From the NCBI GenBank assembly GCA_038314665.1, contig GCA_038314665.1_3677.1: DNA of 64,000 nt. One strand, 5' to 3'. The DNA comes from a phage. The notes under the pieces were generated by a model. The model saw only the letters and a program-made list of their open reading frames with translations. It was not told the origin of the DNA and searched no databases. A program made the position numbers and the translations under genes. Below are positions 47,119 through 55,269 of this stretch, piece after piece (position 1 is the stretch's first letter; every line of letters starts with the position of its first letter).

Positions 47119-47832
47119 TTAAATATACTCTGTTACATCCTTGAAGCTCGAAGGCTTCATAATCTTACCTTTACTGTCAAGGAATATAATAACTTTATTG
47201 CCGTTGTAGAACTCCTCTTTAGCAACGAAACCTTCGTAGCGACCACCAAAACGACGCTCAAGATCTTTAATCTCCAACTCGATGAGTTGTTCAGCAGGCA
47301 TATCTGCACTGGCACCGTGTGAATGCCGTAGATGGTTGATCCGTGCAAACTTACTGTCATTAGATTTTAGAACCTTCCGCATCATCCCACACACATCCCC
47401 GCTAAGCTGGAACAGCAAAGCTGTTGACAACTCTGCTAAGCGGTAAGCTGACGCTCTTTGCTTGGATGTGTTTTTCGCAGCGATCAGTGTATCATAGAAC
47501 TCACCGATCTTGAACTTAAGACCTCGTGGATTATCAAACAGGTTTGACCACTTTTCGTGATTGTCATTAACAAGATAAGCTGCATAACTTGTGACAACGT
47601 GAAGATCGCAGGCCTCTTTTAGCAGGTGATCTCCACCATCACCTTTCTCCAGCTCTTCCAAAACCTCATTGAACTCTTCCTCAATGAAGCTAAGCTGTAA
47701 TTCGAATGGTGTGTATGATTTCTTCACTTTAGCTGCCACACGGTTCCAGTTTTCCACCCAGTTGGCAGACCAAAGGTAGTTTTCAGGCTGAGACAGTTTT
47801 TCCAGGTTGTCGATCAGTTTAGTATTTAGCAT
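47119..47832 (-). CDS. putative MazG-like NTP pyrophosphohydrolase (237 aa)
   Basis: EExxE-type helix FIEEEFNEVLEELEKGD; weak assignment. Confidence 0.4.
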   Translation of the reverse strand: MLNTKLIDNLEKLSQPENYLWSANWVENWNRVAAKVKKSYTPFELQLSFIEEEFNEVLEELEKGDGGDHLLKEACDLHVVTSYAAYLVNDNHEKWSNLFDNPRGLKFKIGEFYDTLIAAKNTSKQRASAYRLAELSTALLFQLSGDVCGMMRKVLKSNDSKFARINHLRHSHGASADMPAEQLIELEIKDLERRFGGRYEGFVAKEEFYNGNKVIIFLDSKGKIMKPSSFKDVTEYI

Positions 47833-47846
47833 TAAAAGGTCACCTC

Positions 47847-48608
47847 TTACAGTTCCATAAAGTTTTCTACAGTTTCAATAAATTCTTTATCAGAGAAAGC
47901 GTCAACAGCACCGTTAAACCATACAGGGATCCCGCGATCCTCATATTGATAAAGGTCGCTACGTGAAATGCCACTTCCATCTGCACTCTGCGAATCATAC
48001 TTGTTTACAATCAGCAGTTTTGTGCCTTTACAAGTAGCAGGAAACAATTCCCAGTTAAAATTAATAACTGTGTTAGAACAACCTACCAGGATCACCATAT
48101 CATTGCTGGTAAGAGATGTCAACAGGTCATACATGTCTGTATACTTAGGAGCAACCTCACCGAAGAACACTACATTGGGCTTAACCCAGGTATACTTGCC
48201 TGTATCTACCTCAGTGTATCCGATATTTTTAATTACATCATTACCTTCAGCATCTTCGTAGGTGATTTCAGGCAAATACCCGTGGACATGTAAAATATCT
48301 TCATGTTTTACACCAGCACGCTCCAGCAAATCATCTACATTGGTAGTAAGGTTGATTACACGACCAGACCAGCGGGAATACCACTCAGCGATCCGAAGAT
48401 GTGCAAGGTTAGGATCAACACTGCCAAGAGCTACACGACGTGCATTGTAAAAGTCATGCACCTTATAGTAGTTCTTGGCAAAGGTGTGGATATTGCACAC
48501 CTCATCGATGCTGAAATTCTCCCACATTGCAGTGCTACCAGATCGGAAAGTGGGAATACCAGATTCAGCGCTCAAACCAGCACCGGAGATAATAATCAGT
48601 CGTCGCAT
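47847..48608 (-). CDS. Sir2-family NAD-dependent deacylase / ADP-ribosyltransferase-like protein (253 aa)
   Basis: Sir2 motif ISGAGLSAESGIPTFRS. Confidence 0.65.
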   Translation of the reverse strand: MRRLIIISGAGLSAESGIPTFRSGSTAMWENFSIDEVCNIHTFAKNYYKVHDFYNARRVALGSVDPNLAHLRIAEWYSRWSGRVINLTTNVDDLLERAGVKHEDILHVHGYLPEITYEDAEGNDVIKNIGYTEVDTGKYTWVKPNVVFFGEVAPKYTDMYDLLTSLTSNDMVILVGCSNTVINFNWELFPATCKGTKLLIVNKYDSQSADGSGISRSDLYQYEDRGIPVWFNGAVDAFSDKEFIETVENFMEL

Positions 48609-48616
48609 AAGTGTCC

Positions 48617-48967
48617 TCAGTAGATGTTTTGTTTAATCTCTATTCCAAACTTCTTGAATGAGTCAGCAGCAAGCATAAATTTACGAGCTGCCGATGGATT
48701 AGAAGTATGCACGAAAATAATCACGTTGTCAATAAGTGGTGGCTTTCCGAATACAAGTTTCTCCTCTAGCGCAGAGAAGCAGTCGTACCCTTCAAACACT
48801 TCACCTAGATCATTGTCAAAATACCACTCAGATACGCGTCTGTAGAGCTTTCTCTTATCATTAAGAAAATCCATAAACTCAGAAGAATTCTTTAGCCACA
48901 GAGCGTCTGGGAGTCCATAATCTGACGGATCTCTAAAATCATCAAGCCACACAATCCACTTCTTCAT
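48617..48967 (-). CDS. hypothetical protein (116 aa)
   Basis: coupled ORF. Confidence 0.45.
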   Translation of the reverse strand: MKKWIVWLDDFRDPSDYGLPDALWLKNSSEFMDFLNDKRKLYRRVSEWYFDNDLGEVFEGYDCFSALEEKLVFGKPPLIDNVIIFVHTSNPSAARKFMLAADSFKKFGIEIKQNIY

Positions 48968-49899
48968 TGCATATAGTCCTCGTTGTGGAAATAGTAGTCC
49001 AGTATCTCACGACGCTCCTGCTCTAATAAGCAATTCCACACATCTTCTGTATAGTTGCTACGAATAAATTTTACCATACCGTAAAACTCTTCGTCAACAC
49101 GTTTAAAGATATCATCATCCCAAATCTTCCAAGCTTTACCCCTCATTACGGCCTTCCGTGCCAGATAGTATGGAGACTTGATCTTCAGCTGCAGATCATA
49201 AGGGTAGTAAGGCTTACGAATCATATACCCTTCACCTCTTGTTTCTGCAGCTAATTCTTTTGCATAGCTGAACGGAATTTCACGCACAGTGTGAGGACGT
49301 TTTGCACCAAGGTATTTGGCAATCCCATCTAAAGCTGCTTCTGGTAGCATTATTCCAGAATCATTATATCTGCAACCTATCAAATATGCGCCATGATCTT
49401 CCTGAACAATATGCGGATCTGAAGGGTGGCAAATTTCAAACATGAATGTCATGTTTTCATTGCCCATAACCTTCTTGATAAGATCTAAATTACCACATTG
49501 CTCCCTGATGGTTTCTTTTGCGAGGTTACAATATGGGGAATCAAGAGACCCGGTTGTTGAGAACAACAGTTCACCTTTATGAGATGATACCACACCGAGG
49601 AATCCGTTCTTTTTCTCTACCGCAGTAACAAGTTTACTGTCCGGTAGGTTGGTGGAGTTTTCTCCTAAGTTGAATACTTTTGTGAAAGGCCATGCCACAA
49701 CATTCCCCTCATTGCCAACAACAATACCTCGGCACTCCAGTAAACGCGGAGACAAATGCCACAGATTGTTGTAGAATACTTTTCTGGCATATTTATAGAT
49801 CTTTAATCCAAGATCTGGATAATACCGACTGGTTACAAGACCTTTGTCTACTAGGTCATCTGCATTAAAATACTTCATCATACGTTCCTCATTTGTCAT
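48964..49899 (-). CDS. RNA ligase, T4 Rnl1-like (311 aa)
   Basis: LLECRGIVV and EKKNGFLGVV resemble T4 RnlA ALECRGIMF and the KEDGSL adenylation motif. Confidence 0.6.
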   Translation of the reverse strand: MTNEERMMKYFNADDLVDKGLVTSRYYPDLGLKIYKYARKVFYNNLWHLSPRLLECRGIVVGNEGNVVAWPFTKVFNLGENSTNLPDSKLVTAVEKKNGFLGVVSSHKGELLFSTTGSLDSPYCNLAKETIREQCGNLDLIKKVMGNENMTFMFEICHPSDPHIVQEDHGAYLIGCRYNDSGIMLPEAALDGIAKYLGAKRPHTVREIPFSYAKELAAETRGEGYMIRKPYYPYDLQLKIKSPYYLARKAVMRGKAWKIWDDDIFKRVDEEFYGMVKFIRSNYTEDVWNCLLEQERREILDYYFHNEDYMQ

Positions 49900-49999
49900 T
49901 TTGTCAGTCTATCTTGCCACACAAATAACCTAGTGTCAACACTTGAAATTAACAAAACAGTTAGGTATACTATCATTAAAATTAAAACGGAGGATTGCT

Positions 50000-50410
50000 A
50001 TGTCTAAAATGCTATATATCGTGCGTGGTCTGCCAGGGTCTGGCAAATCAACACTGGCAAATGCGCTATCTTTAGAAGGCCTGTATCCACATTTTGAGAA
50101 CGACATGTTCTGGTATGACGATGACGGCAATTACAACTGGGATGCAAGTAAAGTAACACTCGCAGCAAAATGGTGCAAAGATAACGTAGAAGATATGATG
50201 CGTATGGGATACGACCGTATCGTGGTAAGTAATACGTTTACAAAAGAAAAACATGTGCAGGAATATGTTGACATGGCAATCAGTCATGGGTATAGTTATA
50301 CCGTGATCGTGGTTGAAAACCGCCACGGTAATAAAAGCATTCATGATGTTCCAGACAAGATTGTGGATCGTATGGAACGCCAGCTTAAAAACTGCATTAA
50401 ACTTAAATGA
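50000..50410 (+). CDS. polynucleotide 5'-kinase domain protein (136 aa)
   Basis: start taken at the ATG with GGAGG RBS; P-loop GLPGSGKST as in the T4 Pnk kinase domain GCPGSGKST. Confidence 0.65.
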   Translation: MSKMLYIVRGLPGSGKSTLANALSLEGLYPHFENDMFWYDDDGNYNWDASKVTLAAKWCKDNVEDMMRMGYDRIVVSNTFTKEKHVQEYVDMAISHGYSYTVIVVENRHGNKSIHDVPDKIVDRMERQLKNCIKLK

Positions 50411-50417
50411 GGAATGT

Positions 50418-50972
50418 ATGAAATACTTTGTAACAAGCGATACGCACTTTCTCCACCAGCGGGTCATGGAGTTTGAGTCATGTCAAAAACACAGATCTCA
50501 GTATGATCACAATCTTGATAGTATGAATGCTGGAATCATCACCGAGTGGAACTCTGTTGTGTCACCTGCAGACACTGTGTTCCACCTGGGAGATATTGCG
50601 TGCACTAATGATAAGAATATCAACAACTTACTTCCAGATATTCTAAATATGTTGAACGGACATATTATTCTTGTTCGTGGCAACCATGACACAAGAACGA
50701 CTGTCAGAATTATGAAAGAGTTCGGTCATGAGGTTGTAGATTATTACGAGCTTCGCCACAACAAGAATTTGATCTGTATGAGCCATTACCAGTTTGCAAA
50801 GTGGAACAGAAAGCCTCACGGATCAGTCCAACTGTTCGGTCATGCTCACGGAACCACACAACAGTTGTTTGGCAGGCAGCTTGATGTCGGTTGGGATGTG
50901 TGGGGGAGACTCTTACCATTAGAAGAGGCATACCGTATTGCAATGAGTTTTGATATTGACAGCAGGGAGTAA
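50418..50972 (+). CDS. calcineurin-like metallophosphoesterase (184 aa)
   Basis: start taken at the ATG after AGGAA; DxH...GD...GNHD metallophosphatase motifs. Confidence 0.6.
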   Translation: MKYFVTSDTHFLHQRVMEFESCQKHRSQYDHNLDSMNAGIITEWNSVVSPADTVFHLGDIACTNDKNINNLLPDILNMLNGHIILVRGNHDTRTTVRIMKEFGHEVVDYYELRHNKNLICMSHYQFAKWNRKPHGSVQLFGHAHGTTQQLFGRQLDVGWDVWGRLLPLEEAYRIAMSFDIDSRE

Positions 50973-51019
50973 TCCCTGCTATTTTAAAGAAAATTGCCAC
51001 ACAAGGAGAATCAGGAGAT

Positions 51020-51370
51020 ATGAAAGATGGGGATAAGCTGCTATATCTTAAAGTCCCCCTTGAAATACTATCTATGTCAAAAGTTTTGAATGACACAACT
51101 GGGGAGGTTGTTGTTCTTGACTTGTATGACAAGATTGTATACTGCTACCTGCACAACTGGTATAAGCTTGGAGGAAATTCACACTTCACACCAAGCACAA
51201 GGAAAATTGCAGCAGATGTTGGGATAAAGAAAACAAAAGCAGCAGCGTGCGTTAAAACTTTAGAATGTGCAGGAGTTGTTGAAACATCCACACAAGGGAG
51301 AGGTAAAAGATGCACATTTTCCAAAGTTTTGCCACCAGAAGAAGTTATTCGAATGTCAACAACTGGTTAG
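51020..51370 (+). CDS. putative DNA-binding protein (116 aa)
   Basis: helix-turn-helix-like STRKIAADVGIKKTKAAACV; lies just upstream of the iteron array. Confidence 0.45.
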   Translation: MKDGDKLLYLKVPLEILSMSKVLNDTTGEVVVLDLYDKIVYCYLHNWYKLGGNSHFTPSTRKIAADVGIKKTKAAACVKTLECAGVVETSTQGRGKRCTFSKVLPPEEVIRMSTTG

Positions 51371-51444
51371 ACCAGTAAAAACTTAAATATCTGTACTATA
51401 AGTATTTGTATGTTTTATGTTCACCATGGAACAGAAACTATTAA

Positions 51445-51526
51445 CTGTCCGTGATACGGACACTACTGCCCGTCACGCGGACACATCTGTCCGTAATACG
51501 GACACTAACTGTCCGTGATACGGACA
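51445..51526. repeat. four tandem 21-bp palindromic iterons (CTGTCCGT-N3-ACGGACAC)
   Basis: units at 51445, 51466, 51487 and 51508, followed by an AT-rich palindromic stretch to about 51660. Confidence 0.7.
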
Positions 51527-52030
51527 CATAAAGAATATAACTAAAATAACTAAATAATAAAAAATAAAAGATCTAGTACTTATGGTACTAAGTACATATA
51601 CTTAACTTATGTAGAATATACTAGATCCTAAGTACCATGTTTTAAATTTATTACTTTCTATAGGTAGTGTCGGCCCTTCATTGGCACTCGCCTACGAGGG
51701 GCGAGATGCCGGGCCTCCATAGTGCACACAATAACAGAAGTGCATACATGCAGGTCTGTTAACATGTGTGGGAGCGAAGCGATAGCGCAGGCCAAAGGCC
51801 GAGCACTAATGTGGACCACCGACGAAAGCTTGCCAGCGCCGTAAGGAGTCGGTTGAGAGCCTCCAGCGCGAGTTTGGATAAAGTTTATGTGTGGAAACGG
51901 ACAATGAGGCCCCTAAATCGCTCCACAGCCATATAAACTATACCAAGTAAGGCAATCGCACCAGTTTGATAGAAAAGCTCGTTACAAAGCGATACAGTGA
52001 GTTTTTCTATAACTTGAAGAGGAGGCAGCT

Positions 52031-52609
52031 ATGAGTCCACGCAAAGATGACCGTGAAAAGATTGCAAAACGTTATCAGAATGAAGAGCAGATGGAGAAAA
52101 CTTTCAAGTGGAAGCCAGGTTTCCAGCGTAATCATTCTAACGCTCGTGATCGTAAGCATCCGGATAAGTGGTTAACACCGCCAAATGATGGCATGCAGGT
52201 TGGTGATGAGAAGGAGCTGTCACCTGGAAAAGATGGCAACTACATTCGCACTAAGGAAGCAGGTCCAAAGGATGACAGCTATCTTGTAGATAAGGTTCTT
52301 GATGGTATTGATGTAGATGTTGACACTGCACGAAACCTTTTTCTTGGTTGGTATCGTACAGGGTTTTTCGACATCAAGGCTATTCGTCGTGTTTGCGATA
52401 TTAAAAAGTCTGCCTATGATGATGACTCTCTACATCGCACTCTGAGACAATACTCAGAGAGATACGGTCATCCAGTTATCACTCTTGACGATATTAACGA
52501 AGTGATGTATCATGCAGAGGTTGTTGCAGGTAGATTCGGTGATGCATATTTCAGTATTCTTTCTGCAAAAGATGAGGTAATGTTAAATAAGATTTACCAT
52601 GAACGCTGA
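52031..52609 (+). CDS. hypothetical protein (192 aa)
   Basis: ORF with GAGGAGG RBS. Confidence 0.55.
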   Translation: MSPRKDDREKIAKRYQNEEQMEKTFKWKPGFQRNHSNARDRKHPDKWLTPPNDGMQVGDEKELSPGKDGNYIRTKEAGPKDDSYLVDKVLDGIDVDVDTARNLFLGWYRTGFFDIKAIRRVCDIKKSAYDDDSLHRTLRQYSERYGHPVITLDDINEVMYHAEVVAGRFGDAYFSILSAKDEVMLNKIYHER

Positions 52610-52619
52610 GGAGTGCTTA

Positions 52620-52808
52620 ATGAACAACCCGGTAGCAAAGAACTGTAATAAGTTCAACAAGTCTGCAATTCACACTGACAGGAAAAAGAGCTGGTCTCCT
52701 GACATTGACGAGGAGCTTGAGAGTTACTTTGAATACCTGGTCACTAATGCAGATGAGGTTGCGATTAAAGAATACGCAGACAGGAAGGATAAGGCCGGAA
52801 TCTGTTGA
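52620..52808 (+). CDS. hypothetical protein (62 aa)
   Basis: start taken at the ATG after GAGGAGTG. Confidence 0.4.
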   Translation: MNNPVAKNCNKFNKSAIHTDRKKSWSPDIDEELESYFEYLVTNADEVAIKEYADRKDKAGIC

Positions 52809-52884
52809 CAAAAATAGTGTTACCTGATAAGATCTGCAATATGATGTGATGCAATTTTAACTTACGAGGTCTACAGGTAATGCT

Positions 52885-53127
52885 ATGTTTAAGGTTAAGC
52901 TCGTTTTTCGTTCCATGAATGAGGATTATTTAGAAGATGAAGGTGAATTTCGTGCACTGGATGATGCAATAGATTTTGCCAACGACTTAGCTTGTATGAA
53001 TACAGGTTATGGGCTATGCTGTTGGGATGGTGGTGTTCAGATCGGTGATAGCAAGATCTTCTACTTCTACCCTGAGCCTGATAACAAACAAATTAAGTAT
53101 GTTTTATTTATTTGTGCTTTACAATGA
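52885..53127 (+). CDS. hypothetical acidic protein (80 aa)
   Basis: ORF with RBS. Confidence 0.5.
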   Translation: MFKVKLVFRSMNEDYLEDEGEFRALDDAIDFANDLACMNTGYGLCCWDGGVQIGDSKIFYFYPEPDNKQIKYVLFICALQ

Positions 53128-53416
53128 GGTTGTTTTCGTGTATCATGATGAATATCCAATTTAAAGATGAATTTGATGGCTTTATCTCCGGATGCTTTGA
53201 AACAGGGTTCGGAGAAGACTGAGTTCCCCTTAGAGGGCTTGATAGTGCACCACACTTAAAATGGTAGGGGCAGCCAGCACATGACGATGTGACCCCAGCC
53301 AACCTGTAACAAGGTCGAGCCGAAGCGCGGGTAATAGGCCTCTGGTAACCCACTTGTTGGGTCTTGCTGGTCCAGGACGCTGGACAAGTCGCAGGGAATA
53401 CCACCCTGCGGCGAAC

Positions 53417-53445
53417 TTGACAATCAGTATTTGCTATGATAAAAT
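53417..53445 (+). promoter_or_regulatory. sigma70-like promoter (TTGACA-N17-TAAAAT) with palindrome TATCACGTGATA downstream
   Basis: upstream of the CDS at 53474. Confidence 0.55.
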
Positions 53446-53473
53446 CCACCTATCACGTGATAATGGAGGAAAC

Positions 53474-53812
53474 ATGGCGGATACAACTAAAAAGCGTCGC
53501 CGTAGAGGCAGACCTCTGAAAGAGGAGTCCAACGCCATTCAGCTAGAGAAGAACATCCTTGATATGAAGGAATCTTTTATAGCGATGGTTCCAGAAGCTC
53601 ACAAAGTTTTAAGAGAGCTGATGTTGGACCCGAAAACCAAACAAAATATTCGTCAAAGCATTGCAGAGTATGTTCTTGATAAGGCAGACCGAATGCAGGA
53701 AGAATATGATGAGATGTTTGGTGAAGAGGAAGAGGTGGTAGTAGAAGAGGCTGAAAAACCAGCACCTTTTATGCCATTTACCACAGAAATACAGCCTGTT
53801 AGCAATAGCTAA
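53474..53812 (+). CDS. hypothetical protein with N-terminal basic patch KKRRRRGRP (112 aa)
   Basis: ATG after GGAGGAAAC; ORF track extends upstream to 53354. Confidence 0.5.
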   Translation: MADTTKKRRRRGRPLKEESNAIQLEKNILDMKESFIAMVPEAHKVLRELMLDPKTKQNIRQSIAEYVLDKADRMQEEYDEMFGEEEEVVVEEAEKPAPFMPFTTEIQPVSNS

Positions 53813-53821
53813 AATATTTTC

Positions 53822-53850
53822 TTGACAAACTTTGCTTAACAGTGTAATAT
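53822..53850 (+). promoter_or_regulatory. sigma70-like promoter (TTGACA-N17-TAATAT) for the tRNA cluster
   Basis: about 60 nt upstream of the first tRNA. Confidence 0.6.
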
Positions 53851-53908
53851 TGTAAACATGGTCTCCCACCTTTTCTGGCGGCTAAGGTGTAAAAGAAAGC
53901 CACCCAGT

Positions 53909-53983
53909 GCCCTGTTAGCTTAGTGGATAAAGCAGCGGCCTTCTAAGCCGTTGACACTGGTTCGAGTCCAGTACGGGGTGCCA
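53909..53983 (+). tRNA. tRNA-Arg (anticodon TCT)
   Basis: manual cloverleaf: acceptor GCCCTGT/ACGGGGT, anticodon loop CTTCTAA, T-loop TTCGAGT, encoded CCA. Confidence 0.75.
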
Positions 53984-54113
53984 AGTTCTTTTTAATGTAG
54001 CTTACTTTAGCAGAGTAAATCTTCGGCAAGTGGCGGTAACCACTTTACCGATACCTCATAGTTAGTGGTGAGAACACTAGCTATTTTAAAAAGAATTTAA
54101 ATATTAGTATTTA

Positions 54114-54201
54114 GGTGAGTTAATTCCGTAGGGGTAGCGGGGCAGACTGTAAATCTGTTATCATTGCGATTCGGGTGGTTCGACTCCATCACTCACCACC
54201 A
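54114..54201 (+). tRNA. tRNA-Tyr (anticodon GTA)
   Basis: acceptor GGTGAGT/ACTCACC, anticodon loop CTGTAAA, long variable arm, CCA. Confidence 0.8.
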
Positions 54202-54315
54202 AATTTATATTTTTAAATGCATAAATCATACAGATAATGGCATTGATATTTATCGTCGTTTATACTAGTCACTAACTGCTCGAAAATCAGTGTCATTATC
54301 AGTATAATTTATAAA

Positions 54316-54406
54316 GGAGGGTAGGGAGCAATGGTGCTCAAGCGGTCTTGAAAACCGTCCCATTGAGGATGACTCGATGATGGTTCGATTCCATTACTCT
54401 CCGCCA
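54316..54406 (+). tRNA. tRNA-Ser (anticodon TGA)
   Basis: acceptor GGAGGGT/ACTCTCC, anticodon loop CTTGAAA, long variable arm, CCA. Confidence 0.75.
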
Positions 54407-54504
54407 CATTGTTGACCTTGTAATTAAGCGAAAGCCGGAAGCAGAACCGGATTATCAAATGTTACAGTCGTCATCGCCGACTAGCAACATGGTCAACATA
54501 CTGA

Positions 54505-54603
54505 GCTAGGTAAGCCCTTTGGCAAGGGCGAGGATTTTTAATCCTGAAAATAGACGAGGTAGTCGTTGAATACATAGGTGGTTCGATTCCACCGCCTAGC
54601 ACC
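54505..54603 (+). tRNA. atypical tRNA-like gene (99 nt), anticodon possibly TTT
   Basis: acceptor GCTAGGT/GCCTAGC and T-arm GGTGG-TTCGATT-CCACC are clear; loop TTTTTAA on a short stem; about 30 nt between anticodon arm and T-arm. Confidence 0.4.
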
Positions 54604-54608
54604 TTTTT

Positions 54609-54684
54609 GCTGATGTAGCACAATTGGCAGTGCAATTGATTTGTAATCAATAGGTTGCAGGTTCAAGTCCTGCCATCAGCACCA
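54609..54684 (+). tRNA. tRNA-Thr (anticodon TGT)
   Basis: acceptor GCTGATG/CATCAGC, anticodon loop TTTGTAA, T-loop TTCAAGT, CCA. Confidence 0.8.
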
Positions 54685-54685
54685 A

Positions 54686-54760
54686 GGCCCTGTAGCTGGA
54701 AGGTTCAAGCAAGCGACTCATAATCGCCAGACGGTGGTTCAATTCCACCCAGGGCCACCA
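54686..54760 (+). tRNA. tRNA-Met (anticodon CAT; elongator Met or Ile2 type)
   Basis: acceptor GGCCCTG/CAGGGCC, anticodon loop CTCATAA, CCA. Confidence 0.7.
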
Positions 54761-54771
54761 AATGGTAAATA

Positions 54772-54848
54772 CTCCGCGTAGCTCAGCTTGGTAGAGCGCC
54801 TGATTTGGGATCAGGAGGTCGAGTGTTCGAATCACTCCGTGGAGACCA
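54772..54848 (+). tRNA. tRNA-Pro (anticodon TGG)
   Basis: acceptor CTCCGCG/CGTGGAG with C1-G72, anticodon loop TTTGGGA, T-loop TTCGAAT, CCA. Confidence 0.8.
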
Positions 54849-54894
54849 CTTTCAGTTATACTTTAAACATATACACACAAAAGGAACCTTTAAA

Positions 54895-55164
54895 ATGTAT
54901 ACACTTAAAATTGTAGAGCGTGTAAATCCAACAAATACTGTAGATTTTCGTGACGATTTCAATCCTCTGGCTGTAAATCTTCGAGAGTCATATCATGAAC
55001 TCAGCTGCGATGCAGTGGTGGTCTTTTTTGAAGACAACTCTGAAGGGGCGGTAGCTTGTGTTGTTGATAGTGAGCAGAAGTTTTATATTTACAGAGATGT
55101 AGATGCATACTTGATGAATGAAAATGCAGTTACTGTTAGAATCATCCACCGAGTGCCTCGATAA
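54895..55164 (+). CDS. hypothetical protein (89 aa)
   Basis: ATG after AAAAGGAACC; followed by a strong terminator. Confidence 0.5.
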   Translation: MYTLKIVERVNPTNTVDFRDDFNPLAVNLRESYHELSCDAVVVFFEDNSEGAVACVVDSEQKFYIYRDVDAYLMNENAVTVRIIHRVPR

Positions 55165-55216
55165 GTATTAGTCTCCTTTTAGTTAGTTTCGATCTATTTA
55201 GGTTACTAAATTTTAA

Positions 55217-55252
55217 CCCGCCCCGTTAGCTGTATAGCTGCGGGGTTTTTTC
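55217..55252 (+). terminator. rho-independent terminator
   Basis: CCCGCCCCG...CGGGG hairpin followed by TTTTTT. Confidence 0.75.
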
Positions 55253-55269
55253 GTTTCTGGAGCCTTAAA

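Noticed and set aside
50710-51132. 140-aa minus-strand ORF
   Set aside because: Antisense to the phosphoesterase and HTH genes; no RBS
53067-53449. Two minus-strand ORFs (62 and 113 aa) across the GC-rich segment
   Set aside because: No RBS; they run against the direction of all surrounding genes; their amino-acid composition reflects GC-rich non-coding sequence
54647-54835. 62-aa minus-strand ORF
   Set aside because: Lies entirely antisense to the tRNA-Thr, tRNA-Met and tRNA-Pro genes
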